Assembly: GCA_002269645.1 (NCBI GenBank)
Contig: NIVC01000059.1
Coordinates: 868,001-932,000 of the forward strand
DNA length: 64,000 nt
DNA from: Macrostomum lignano
Taxonomy: Eukaryota
Direction: 5' to 3'
Of this stretch, positions 12,301 to 24,546 are shown piece after piece. Every line of letters starts with the position of its first letter. Positions within the stretch are counted from its first letter, which is position 1. The notes under the pieces were generated by a model. The model worked only from the letters and a program-made list of their open reading frames with translations, searched no databases and was not told where the DNA came from. Position numbers and translations under genes: made by a program.

Positions 12301-14121
12301 TAGTCAATCATCAATAATTGCCGCAGGTAATCTCCCGCCTATGCCGTGTGCTAGTCAACCGTAAAATCACCGTGCCCGGCTATTTCCGATCAAAGTCCAA
12401 CAATCACTACATCAGCTGCGGCTACAAGGCCAACACCGGGTTCCTCTACCCGCTAGACAGAGGCTTCATCTTCGTGCCCAAGCCTCCGATGCATGTCCGC
12501 TTTGAAGAGATCTCCTCTGTACAGTTCAGCCGCGGCACCGCCTCAGTTCGCAGTTTCGACTTCGAAATCAACACCAAAGCCGGGGTGACTTACACGTTTA
12601 ATAGCGTTGAGAAAGACGAGTACAGCCATCTGTACAAGTTTGTGGAGGACAAGCAGCTGCCAGTGAAGAATATGGGCGAAGAGGACACCACTGGCAAGCT
12701 GGAGGCCTGGGAGAGCAGCGAGGCTGAGTCGGACGGTGACGACGTGTACATGAAGAGGGTCAAGGCTGAGGGCAAGGTGAGTCTTGTGGGGTGATATTCT
12801 TTGAGAGATTTCCCAGATGAGATTTCCCAGAAAAGATTTCCCAGATGAGATTTCCCAGATGAGATTTCCCAGAAAAGGTTTCCCAGATGGAATTTCCCAG
12901 AAAAGATTTCCCAGAAAAGGTTTCCCAGATGGAATTTCCCAGAAAAGATTTCCCAGAAAAGATTTCCCAGATGAGATTTCCCAGATGGAATTTCCCAGAA
13001 AAGATTTCCCAGATGAGATTTCCCAGATGAGATTTCTCAGGTGAGATTTAGGATGAGATTGTCATTTGTCACGAGATTTAGGGTGAGATTTTCTAGGATG
13101 AGATATCTCAAGATAGCATCGGCAGTGTCTCATATCCCATCCCATCCTCGCCCAGGAGCGCACAGCCGGCTCTGCCAACACCTCCGGCGGCGGCGGAGGC
13201 GAATCAGATGACGACTCCGAGGACGAAGACTTTTTGCCACCGGATGCTTCCGGCTCGGAAGTGGAAGAAGAATACGACACCGACGCCGATCCCTCGGAGT
13301 TCTCTTCCGACACCGACTACAGCGACGAGGAGGCGCGCAAGAAAAAGAAGCGTCGCCTAGCGAAGACAGTGCCGGAGGAGGGCTTCGGCGACTATACGGA
13401 GCAGAAGAAGAAGAAAGCCAAGCAAAAGGAGGCGGCCGCCAGCAAGACGAAGGTGTCGCGTAAGGATCGCAACGCACCGAAACGGCCCGCGTCGGCCTAT
13501 TTCCTGTTCCTTGAAGACGAACGACCGAAGATCAAAGCCGATCAGCCGGATCTGCGAGTGACAGAAATCGGCCGCGTGGCCGGCGAGAGGTGGGCGAAAT
13601 TGGACGAGACTAAAAAGAAGGCCTACCAGGAGAAGGCGGAAGAGTTGAAAAGCAAATACCAGGCCGAGCTGGCCGAGTACCAGGCCAAGCTGGAGCGGGG
13701 CGAAGTCAAGCCCGACATTCAGGAGAAACGGAAGCCCGCCGGCGGTGGCGGAGGCGGCGGTGGAGGCGGCGGCGGCGGCGGCGAGAAGTCCGGAGCGTCG
13801 GCGTCAGCGGCCGGCTCCGGCGCCAACTACAAATCTGCCGAATTCATCAACGACAGCGACGTGTCCTCCGTGTCCTCCTCTAGCGACGGTGGCGATGACG
13901 CCGAAGTCTCCAAAGATGAGGAGGAAGAGGACGAGAAGAAATCGACAAAACAGAAGAAGCAGACAAAAAAAGACGACGCCGCTAGTAGCAAAAAGAAGAA
14001 GACTTCTGATAAGAAATCTAAGCCGGAACAGAAAAAGAAGGACAAGAAAAAGAAGAAAGAATCGAGCAGTAGCGAAGAAGAGGAAGAGGAGGAGAGCGAC
14101 CTGAGCAGCGATTCCGAATAA
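8663..14121 (+). CDS. SSRP1: FACT complex subunit SSRP1, 789 aa; exons 8663-8977, 9562-9744, 10397-10852, 12327-12776, 13156-14121
   Basis: SSRP1 motifs (KGWNWG, TLEFHQND, QPRGRYD, HGKTFDYKIP, GQTRYHFL, GFLYPLDRGFIFVPKPP), acidic region and HMG box (DRNAPKRPASAYFLF). All four introns are GT-AG phase 0 and the total of 2370 nt is in frame. Confidence 0.96.
8990..9390. repeat. (CTGT/CTGA)n microsatellite in SSRP1 intron 1
   Basis: Direct reading. Confidence 0.93.
9830..10300. repeat. 22-bp minisatellite (agtttccaagctgggatctgtg)n in SSRP1 intron 2
   Basis: Unit spacing 22 nt (9901 to 9923). Confidence 0.93.
10893..11195. repeat. 42-bp minisatellite (atcgatatctggttatcagtaatcgatatttaattatcatag)n in SSRP1 intron 3
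   Basis: Six to seven near-identical units; source of the MIIKYRLLITRYRS pseudo-ORF. Confidence 0.93.
11215..12232. repeat. AT-rich composite 11/14-bp array (tagttgattaa / tagttgattaatta / tagttgattattta) in SSRP1 intron 3
   Basis: Direct reading. Confidence 0.93.
12803..13110. repeat. 14-bp minisatellite (gatgagatttccca / gaaaagatttccca) in SSRP1 intron 4
   Basis: Direct reading. Confidence 0.9.
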
Positions 14122-14244
14122 TAATCGCACTATGCGTTCTTTACTACTGATTGTAATATGCAATTGACTACTGATAAAATGTCGACGTTACGCTGTACAT
14201 CTCGGTGACTGAAATAATTTCTTACGTTCTAAATTCTTTATTCT

Positions 14245-14560
14245 ATGGGTGAGATATTGGGGATGAGATTTTCTAGTTATTAGACCTCAGGGATGAGATA
14301 TTCTATAGGTGAGATCCTAGGTATGAGATATTATATGGGTGAGATCCTAGGAATGAGATATTCTAGTTATGAGACCTCAGGGATGAGATATTCTATGGGT
14401 GAGATCCTAGGTATGAGATATTCTACGGAATAGATATTCTAGGGGTAAGATACTCTATGCTAAGATCTTAGGGATGAGATCTTTAGGGTTAAGATATTTT
14501 ATAGGTGAGATCTTGGAGATGAGATATTCTATGGGTGAGATCTTGGAGATGAGACTAAGA
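14245..14560. repeat. Diverged gagatattctatgggtgagatcctag-type array downstream of the SSRP1 stop (possible 3' UTR intron)
   Basis: Direct reading; bounded by GTGAGA at 14249 and gctcccAG at 14585. Confidence 0.8.
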
Positions 14561-14915
14561 ATAGGTAGACATTTTATGCTCCCAGACTCTTAAGGTGTGA
14601 TCAAACACATACTTGCATTGTATTTTGTTATAATTTTTGTTTCATTCTTATGCGCCTGTTACAATGGTTAATAAATAATAGTGGTGTAGTTTATCGTTTG
14701 GGAATTACCGTTGCCACTGGTCTCTTTAAAATATCCACTTAAGCAAACAAATATAAAAATAATCAAATTATGCTATTATTTTTTCATCTATCGCTGTTCA
14801 TTGCCGAATTATGTAGCATTTAAATTTGCATCGGCATTTTAACAAATTTTTGTTGCGACTGTTCAAAGATGGGCGCTTGGTTTTTGTTATTTCTCGATAT
14901 ATGTGGTCTTGCAGC

Positions 14916-14924
14916 CTGTCTGAC

Positions 14925-14957
<33 letters not shown>

Positions 14958-15299
14958 GCCTGCCTGTCTGTCTGTCTGTCTTTCTGTCTGTCTGTCTGCC
15001 TGTCTGTCTCTCTTGCCTGTCTGTCTGTCTGCCTGTCTGCCTGCCTGTCTGCCTGCCTGTCTGTATGTCTGTCTTCTGTCTGTCTTTCTGTCCGTCTGTC
15101 TGTCTGTCTGTCTGTCTGCCCGTCTGTCTGCCTGTCTGTCTGCCTGTCTGTCTGCCTGTCTGCCTGTCTGTCTGCCTGTCTGTATGTCTGTCTTCTGTCT
15201 GTCTTTCTGTCCGTCTGTCTGTCTGCCCGTCTGTCTGTCTGTCTGCCTGTCTGTCTGCCTGTCTGTCTGCCTGTCTGTCTGTATGTCTGTCTTCTGTCC

Positions 15300-15331
<32 letters not shown>

Positions 15332-15362
15332 GCCTGTCTGTCTGTATGTCTGTCTTCTGTCC

Positions 15363-15394
<32 letters not shown>

Positions 15395-15447
15395 GCCTGT
15401 CTGTCTGTATGTCTGTCTTCTGTCCGTCTGTCTGTCTGCCTGTCTGA
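14916..15447. repeat. (CTGT/CTGC)n microsatellite with internal higher-order duplications
   Basis: Direct reading. Confidence 0.95.
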
Positions 15448-15626
15448 CCATTTATCTGAAATGCATGCGTCCACCGACAATGAGCTACTGCGGCCCTTCA
15501 ACTAACTTGAATTAAAACAGCCGCCGATCTTGCACGCACAGGTCACCTTGGCGTTGCATAGAAAACTAACTTGAATCAATCTTTATAGAATTAGCTACAG
15601 TATTTTACATTTCGGAAATCATAATG

Positions 15627-15785
15627 TTAAGCGTATCCAGGATGCCCTTCATTTCGACCCTCGGTCGTTCTGCTTTTGGTTTCCAGTCCAGTGAACTTGA
15701 CCGCGGCGTCACCGTACTCTGGTCCGTATCCGATATTTGAACCAATAATGACAGGCGTGCTGTACGGATTTTTTTTGTACGCCAT
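15627..15785 (-). CDS. Candidate 52-aa micropeptide MAYKKNPYSTPVIIGSNIGYGPEYGDAAVKFTGLETKSRTTEGRNEGHPGYA
   Basis: ATG in ccaaaATGG context, about 50 percent GC island between two microsatellites, clean TAA. No recognised homology; below the ORF-track cutoff. Confidence 0.4.
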   Translation of the reverse strand: MAYKKNPYSTPVIIGSNIGYGPEYGDAAVKFTGLETKSRTTEGRNEGHPGYA

Positions 15786-16164
15786 TTTGGCAAGAAAATT
15801 TTTGCTTTAAAATTGCGCTATTCCGTTCTTTGGAAAGCTATACCTTGGCTTGGTTCCTAGGTCGCAATACTAAATAATAAAATACAAAGTTTGGACCCCC
15901 CCCCCCCGGAAAGATCGCAAAGAGTTGCAACTTCTTATTTTCAAGAGCGGTGAGTTCAGTTTTCTATGGATCTGTAAAAGACTTGACTGATTGGGCCGGG
16001 CTGAGTCCACTTGATCTCGATGGTCTTGGAGAATGAGCTAAGTTCTACTCACCTTTCTTGTGCTTCAGTGATCATATACTCATTCTTCGAGTGTGCTTTG
16101 GTGTATGAAGTCTTGTACTACTGTCTTGTTTTTGTTCTTAGTTAATGTCTGCTTATGTGCCTTA

Positions 16165-16233
16165 ATGCCTGTCTGCCCGTCTGTCTGTCTGTCTGTCTGT
16201 GTGTCTGCCTGTCTGTCTGTCTGTCTGTCTGTG

Positions 16234-16296
<63 letters not shown>

Positions 16297-16306
16297 GTGT
16301 CTGCCC

Positions 16307-16362
<56 letters not shown>

Positions 16363-16490
16363 TTCTGTCTGTCTGTCTGTCTGTCTTTCTGTCTGTCTGT
16401 CTGTCTTTCTGTCTGTCTGTCTGTCTGCCTGTCCGTCTGCCTGTCTGTCTGTCTGTCTGTGTGTCTGTCTGTCTGTCTGTGTGTCTGCCC

Positions 16491-16538
<48 letters not shown>

Positions 16539-16579
16539 TTCTGTCTGTTTGTCTGTCTGTCTTTCTGTCTGTCTGTCTT

Positions 16580-16612
<33 letters not shown>

Positions 16613-16613
16613 G

Positions 16614-16664
<51 letters not shown>

Positions 16665-16683
16665 GTCTGTCTGTGTGTCTGCC

Positions 16684-16744
<61 letters not shown>

Positions 16745-16816
16745 GCCTGCCTGTCTGTCTTTCTGTCTGTCTGTCTGTCTCTCTGTCTGTCTGTCTGTCC
16801 GTCTGTCTGTCTGTCC

Positions 16817-16850
<34 letters not shown>
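16165..16850. repeat. (CTGT)n microsatellite, about 690 bp
   Basis: Direct reading. Confidence 0.96.
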
Positions 16851-16852
<2 letters not shown>

Positions 16853-17183
16853 GTTAAGCCCTATTATCTATTCGGTAATTCCTCTCCGCTAAAAATTCTT
16901 TGATGTGCATTTCTGTCGCACCTCTAATTACGATTGTAAGCTTGCTTTATTACGTCGTAATAACCCGAACATTACTTTTTTCTTTCCTTCGTACGGTTCA
17001 CTGCAAGCACCGCAGAGCGTGAAAAAAGAGAATTTATGCATGCCTAGCCTATTAAATGAAGACACAGAATCTTCTTGCAAAAATGTAGTCAGAGGCGTTA
17101 CCACAGTGCTACTCGGCCCTCAAATAAAATGTATGTATTAACTTATATTAACTTAACATGAAACATCCGCCAGGAGCATCATT

Positions 17184-18866
17184 ATGGCGACCACCCAATC
17201 AGTTCAATGCGCGCCTCGAAAGGTGCTAATTGGAGTTGACAGAAGTGAGCACAGCGAACGTGCGCTGAGATTTTATGCGCGACACCTGCGCAGGCCGATG
17301 GACCGGCTGGTGTTCGTGAATATCAGCGAGCCGCCTGAGATGGCTATCGGACCTGCGACTCTGGAGAGGAACAAGGTGAGGCTGGAGAGGTGAACAGACT
17401 GCCGCTCTACTTTAACTAATAATTATGGATTGCTAATCTAGACAACATCAGTAAACTATACTGGATCGCTAATCTAGCCAACATCGATAAACTATGCTGG
17501 ATTGCTAATCTAGCCAACATCAATAGACTATAGTCGATTGCTAATCTAGTCAACATCGATAAACTATACTGGATTGCTAATCTAGTCAACATCAATAAAC
17601 TAAAGTCGATTGCTAATCTAGTCAACATCAATAAACTATACTGGATTGCTAATCTAGTCAACATCAATAAACTATAGTCGATTGCTAATCTAGTCAACAT
17701 CAATAAACTATACTGGATTGCTAATCTAGTCAACATCAATAAACTATAGTCGATTGCTAATCTAGTCAACATCAATAAACTATATTGGATTGCTAATCTA
17801 GTCAACATCAATAAACTATACTGGATTGCTAATCTAATCAACATCGATAAACTATATTGGATTGCTAATCTAGTCAACATCAATAAACTATAGTCGATTG
17901 CTAATCTAGTCAACATCAATAAACTATACTGGATTGCTAATCTAGTCAACATCAATAAACTATATTGGATTGCTAATCTAGTCAACATCAATAAACTATA
18001 GTGGATTGCTAATCTAGTCAACATCGATAAACTATATTGGATTGCTAATCTAGTCAACATCAATAAACTATAGTCGATTGCTAATCTAGTCAACATCAAT
18101 AAACTATACTGGATTGCTAATCTAGTCAACATCAATAAACTATACTGAATTGCTAATCTAGTCAACATCAATAAACTATACTGGATTGCTAATCTAGTCA
18201 ACATCAATAAACTATAGTGGATTGCTAATCTAGTCAACATCAATAAACTATTGTGGATTGCTAATCTAGTCAACTTCAATAAACTATAGTGGATTGCTAA
18301 TCTAGTCAGCATCAATAAACTATTGTGGATTGCTAATCTAGTCAGCATCAATAAACTATTGTGGATTGCTAATCTAGTCAGCATCAATAAACTATAGTGG
18401 ATTGCTAATCTAGCCAACATCGATAAAACATAGTGGATTGCTAATCTAGTCAAAATCAATAAACTATCCACAGGACTACTGCCGGTCCCTGGATTTCACT
18501 CTCTACGAGGCCAAACGCCTGGCAGACGACGTTCGTCAGCTCTGCCGAGACCTGGGCATTCTCGACGACACACACGACTCTCACGACGTGGTCGGTGGGG
18601 TCCGTTTCCTGGAAAGGGTCGGACACGAGGGACCGGGCCAGGCCATAGTTGAGACGGCTCGTTGCGAGGCCGTCCAGTTGATCGTGCTGGGCGCCAGAGG
18701 ACTCGGCGCAGTCAAGCGAGCCCTGCTGGGGTCAGTCAGCGACTTTGTGCTGCACCATGCGCACCTGCCTGTTGTGGTGGTGCCGCCTGCGGCTCCGCAG
18801 CCGGACATCTCGGCGACTGCCGGGTCAGCAGCCGCGGCTGCCAAGCTGGCGGAATATTCAAACTGA
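17184..18866 (+). CDS. Universal stress protein (UspA domain), 194 aa; exons 17184-17375 and 18474-18866
   Basis: RKVLIGVDRSEHSERAL N-terminal strand and LIVLGARGLGAVKRALLGSVSDFVLHHAHLPVVVVP (G-2x-G-9x-GS ATP-binding signature). Phase-0 GT-AG intron keeps frame. Confidence 0.92.
17427..18470. repeat. 36-bp minisatellite (about 29 units) filling the USP intron
   Basis: Unit spacing 36 nt (17581 to 17617); source of the 351-aa LMLTRLAIQYSL pseudo-ORF. Confidence 0.95.
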
Positions 18867-18899
18867 TTGGAGTCTGATTTAGCAGTGCATTTGGACACT

Positions 18900-19260
18900 G
18901 CGTTTGACGTGTGTTTTTCATGTGTTCTTCGTGTGTTGGTTATGTGTTTGGTGTGTTTGATGTGATTTTCATGTGTTTTATGTGCTTTTCATGTGTATTG
19001 TATTTTTCGTGTGTTTTATGTGTGTCTCAAGCGTTTGATGTTATTTTCATGTGTTTGATGTGATTTTCATGTGTTTGATGTGATTTGATGTGTTAGATGT
19101 GATTGATGTGTTTGATGTGATTTAATGTGATTTGATGCGCTTTTTTTGTTTGATGTGATTTTTTTGTATTATGTGATTTTTAGAGGTTTTTAAAGCGTTT
19201 AAAGCTTACCTAAAGTATTTTAATGTGGTTTTAATATTTCTTCATGTACTTTTAATGTAT
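18900..19260. repeat. TG/T-rich low-complexity tract (atgtgttt / tgatgtg) after the USP stop
   Basis: Direct reading. Confidence 0.7.
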
Positions 19261-19666
19261 TTGCCCCCGTTAGTTAGCCTCAGCCGTTACAAGGACCAGA
19301 CTCTTCACTTGAAAATCCAATTTTCTCATAGCTTAAGCCATGTCCAATAGAAGGCTTGGCAATCTGCACTGTTAGTCAGCTGTTGCCTCTGTCTATGTTA
19401 ACTCGTATTTTTGTTATCACTCTTCTTGATTCTAAAAATAGCTAAGCTCGCAGTTTCCAGCTGTTGACAGAACCAGTCAGGCAATCAATCCAATGATTGA
19501 TGGCTTCTCTGTTGCTTGCAATCATTTTCACTTTAGTGAACTGACTAACAGCTGCAAGGGAGTCGATTTTAATGTTACGAGCTACTTTAATACTGTTTTT
19601 AGTAGAGTGTATCACATTTTAACTGATTTTTAAATCCATTTTTGCTGGATCAAAGCAACCTAACAA

Positions 19667-20520
19667 AGAGCTACTAGGGGTTCACTTGTCCTCCCTGGAG
19701 TCCCCAGACTGGCAATGAGCTACTAGGGGGGTCACTTGCCCTCCCTGGACTCCCCAGACTGGCAATGAGCTACTAGGGGGGTCACTTGCCCTCCTGAAGT
19801 CCCCAAACTATCAATGAGCTACTAGGGAGGGGGTCACTTGCCCTTCCTGAAGTCTTCAGACTAACAATGAGCTACTAGGGTGGTCACTTGCCCTCCCCTA
19901 AATCCACAGACTAACAATGAGCTACTAGGGGAGGTCACTTGCCCTCCCTGAAGTCCCCAAACTAGCAATGAGCTACTAGGGGGTCACTTGCCCTCCCTGA
20001 AGAGCTACTAGGGCAGGGGGGTCACTTGCCTTCCCTGAAGTCTCCAGACTAACAATGAGCTACTAGGAGGGGGGTCACTTGCCCTCCCTGAAGTCCCCAG
20101 ACTAACAACGAGCTTCTAGGAGAGTCACTTGCCCTCCCTGAAGAGCTACTAGGAGGGGGGGTCACTTGCCCTCCCTGAAGTCCCCAGACTAACAAGGAGC
20201 TTCTAGGGGAGTCACTTGCCCTCCCTGAAGAGCTACTAGGGCAGGGGGGGTCACTTGCCTTCCCTGAAGTCTCCAGACTAACAATGAGCTACTAGGGGGG
20301 GGTCACTTGCCCTCCCTGAAGTCCCCAGACTAACAACGAGCTTCTAGGAGAGTCACTTGCCCTCCCCTCCCTTAAGTCTCGAGAATAGCAATGAGCTACT
20401 ATAAAGGGGTCACTTGCTCTACCCAAGTATCCCTGTCTAACCGTAAGCTACTAGAGCTGGAGGTCACTTGCCCTCTCCTCCGACAAAGCTTTCGCTAGAA
20501 GGAGTCACTATTAGGGGAGT
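19667..20520. repeat. About 50-bp minisatellite (gagctactagggggggtcacttgccctccctgaagtccccagactaacaat) with variable G run and truncated units
   Basis: gagctactag recurs at about 50-nt intervals. Confidence 0.9.
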
Positions 20521-21199
20521 CAACTGACCCATACAGTTTAGGCTAGAGAGTTCCAGAATAATGGTCCTCCCAACGAAAGAGCAAGCTTAATTTTATCCAG
20601 ATCTTTTGCTTAACTCTCCAGAACTCCATGCCCCTATACTCTCGCAGACTCTGTAGGGGATTCCAATATGACTCGAATGAATTACCCGCCCGCTCATCTC
20701 GGGAGCTGGCAAGTTTTTTAGGGCCCGATCGTGCATTCGTGGCCTTGTGGTGTAATTGAATTTCAGCTCGATGGAAAAATATCGAAATACTCGCAGAGAT
20801 GCACTGCTCTCAAGTCTGTCATTCGTACTTTTTGTGTTGGGGGATTTTTACAGCCCAACCGACTGCATGGTAAAAAATCCCAACCCAACAATTAAGAGGG
20901 CCCATTTAAGAATAAAAGATCCGAAGAATTACCGCATGGCCATAGGAAGAATTTGGCCATCTAAGGCATTAAGAATTTAGCAGGTGTTCTTTCCGCTTTG
21001 ACTGCATCTGCAATCTGGGGCTCTGCTGGGTTCAATGCGCGGTACTTCGGCTGGGGTACTTCGGCTGTGTTTGTGCCTGCCCAGCGCGATTTGTTTGTTC
21101 GAATGATTTTTATTATGTCAAAATGAGAGGAGAGATCGAATAAGGAGAGAGGAGCGGAAAGGGAGACATAAGAGTTCGGTGATTTAGTAGTGATTAAGA

Positions 21200-21800
21200 T
21201 AAGAGAGGTGAGATGAAAGGTGAGATGAGAGGGGTGAGATAAGAGGGGTGAGATGAGAGGGGTGAGTTGAGAGGAGTGAGATGAGAGAGGTGAGTTGAGA
21301 TGGGTGAGTTGAGATGGGTGAGTTGAGAGGAGTGAGATGAGAGGGGTGAGTTGAGATGGGTGAGATGAGAGGGGTGAGATAAGAGGGGTGAGATGAGAGG
21401 GGTGAGTTGAGAGGAGTGAGATGAGAGGGGTGAGTTGAGATGGGTGAGTTGAGAGGAGTGAGATGAGAGGGGTGAGTTGAGATGGGTGAGATGAGAGGGG
21501 TGAGTTGAGAGGAGTGAGATGAGAGGGGTGAGTTGAGAGGAGTGAGATGAGAGGAGTGAGATGAGATTTATTAAAAGAGAGGGGTGAGATGAGAGTGGTG
21601 AGATGAGAGGGGTGAGATGAGAGATGCGAGGTCAGAACGATGGGATGAGAGTTATTAAATGAGAGAGGTAAGACGAGAGAGAAGACATGAGAGGGGAGAC
21701 ATAAGGAAGGTGAGACAAGAGGAGTGAGATTAGAGAAAACGAAAATTAGAGAGATATGTGAGATGTTTTCAAAAAAGGTGATAGACGAGAGTTGAGACAA
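21200..21800. repeat. GA-rich array (gtgagatgagagggg / gtgagttgagagga)
   Basis: Direct reading. Confidence 0.88.
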
Positions 21801-22645
21801 GAGAAGGGTAGACGAGTAAAAGTAGACACAAAGAGGAGAGAACAGATGATGCCTCAGAACATGTCTCAAAGCAAGGCGAGCTTGGCCTCCCAGCCCCTAG
21901 CAACTGCCATGCAGCATGCGTCATCACGTGCCGGGGGCCGCTCACGAATCGAGTTAATCAAAGCGACGCATTTACCTGGCATATAAATTCAATCGGACAT
22001 TATTAGACTGGAAAACCTCAAACGTAGCCAACCGATTTATTCACAGAAATTTGCTAGTGAGAGATAAAAGAAAAAAATAATTTTTATCCTCATATTTGTC
22101 CTTAATTGGTGAAAACTTCAGTTGCAAATCAGCAGACCAGATCGTGCTTGAGCATGTTAATAATATACACAGATTTTCACTAGCAGTTTCAGAATGAGCT
22201 CGGCTACTCAATGGAATCGAGTAGCTTAATAAATTTGATCTTCGACAATCTGTCCCGTTTGAAGATCTTTTTATAGCAATTATATTATATATATAACTGC
22301 ATTCTTGATTCTAAATATATATAGTTGGTCCTCCATGGCTGAGACTGCAAGAGTCAATTCTGAGTTCTCTGGTTGGCAGGCACGCACGCAATCGGGCCTC
22401 AGCTCTGTCAACCGCCTAGTTTTCTGTGAGTGAGAGTTCCCTCCCTCCCTCAAAGGGCAACTCTTTGATAATCTGAGCTCTGTGACTCATGCGCTCCGAT
22501 TCCCCGCGGGGAGTCGCTGCAGTTAGAAATGTCATAAAAATTCTATCAAGTCAAGACCTGGGATGTGATAATGGCGTGAATAGGGGTTTGCTAAAGCTGC
22601 GAGAATGATTGCGTCACTTGCTGATGTGCCTGTCTGTGTCTGTCT

Positions 22646-23060
<415 letters not shown>

Positions 23061-23734
23061 CACATTGCTCTCAGGACCCAAGCATTAATTATGCATTGCA
23101 CACCCAAAGCCTAGCATTTCACTTCAATAAAGAACCCATGCCTTAGAACGCTTTCTGCGCAGAAACACACAGCTTTAGCAAACGCTGCACTTACTGCAAG
23201 CAGAAAGATAGACATTGAATGTCAGAAAGGCCACGCAACCAAATTTTAGAATGTGGGGGTGGTGGTGGCAGTTGTTGGGTCTGCCTGTCTGCAACGCATC
23301 GCGCACCCTCGTACTCAAGTTTAGAGCAATTAAAGATGGTGGCAGTCAAGCTCAGCTCATGAGCTGCAGGCTATAAGCGAAGAAAGCTCTGGGCCAAGCC
23401 GAGTGCGCACAGCTTTTTGAAAGAGAGCTGCTCTGCTCTGCTGTACACGACAAACAGAAATCTCCAAGTTAAAAGCGGTTCCATGGGGCTCTCTTTAATT
23501 TTTATGTTTAGCTTTTTTGCTCGGGTTGGTATGGTGTGTTGTGGGGGGGGGGGGGGGGAGAAGGGCTTGTAGGAAATCCCCCCCCCCCCCCCCCTGTATC
23601 TCTCGCTGATTCGGCAGTGCAGAACTGGATTGATAAGGGCAGCCGAGGAGTGCTGGGCTGCTGCCGTCTGGAGTGAGCGCTGGCTTCCATCTTTTTCTGC
23701 ATGCTTGTCGATAATTTAATTATCCAAGCATTGG

Positions 23735-24110
23735 CTATCTAACAAATTTTATCTAACATCTACCTGTCTAACATCTGGCTATCTAACATCTTGGCTATCT
23801 AGCATTTGGCTATCTAACATCTTGGCTATCTAATATCTGGCTATCTAACATCTGGCTATCTAACATCTTGGCTATTTAACATCTGGCTATCTAACGTCTG
23901 GCTATCTAACATCTTGGCTATCTAACATCTGGCTATCTAACATCTGGCTATCTAACATCTTGGCTATTTAACATCTAGCTACGTAACATCCAGCTATCTA
24001 ACATTTTGCCATCTAACATCTACCTGTCTAACATCTGGCTATCTAACATCTGGCTATCTAAAATATTGGCTATCTAATATCTATCGCTATCTAACACCTA
24101 TCTTACTACC
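23735..24110. repeat. 14-16-bp minisatellite (ggctatctaacatct[t])n
   Basis: Direct reading. Confidence 0.9.
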
Positions 24111-24546
24111 GCTAGTAATTTAAATTATAAAAAAGCATCAGAAACAGCTTTTTAAACACAAGTTTTGACTCAGTTTTCCAATTCAAGCCCTCCAATAACA
24201 CTAATTGAGAGTGCTAAGGAGAATACGCGGGGCGCGGCTCAATTCAGACACTCTGTTTAAATTAGTGCTCCGCTAACAGCAGACATTCATAGATAGGCTT
24301 AGGAGAGAGAGAGAAGAGGAGAGAGAAGGGAGGCCAGGGGTTGGTAGCGCCGCCTGGGTTGGCCACCACGGTAGGCCATATTAAGAGCCTTATAGTTACA
24401 GCCAAGCTATCTGAGAAACTGCAGGTAATTAATACAGACTCGCTAAGATCTCTACTTAGAAAAGAAACCCAGCCCCCAAAGCAATTCAAGCAATTAGGCT
24501 ATCAAAGAGAAATCATTAGCATCAACAGCATCAGCATCCAGTGCAG

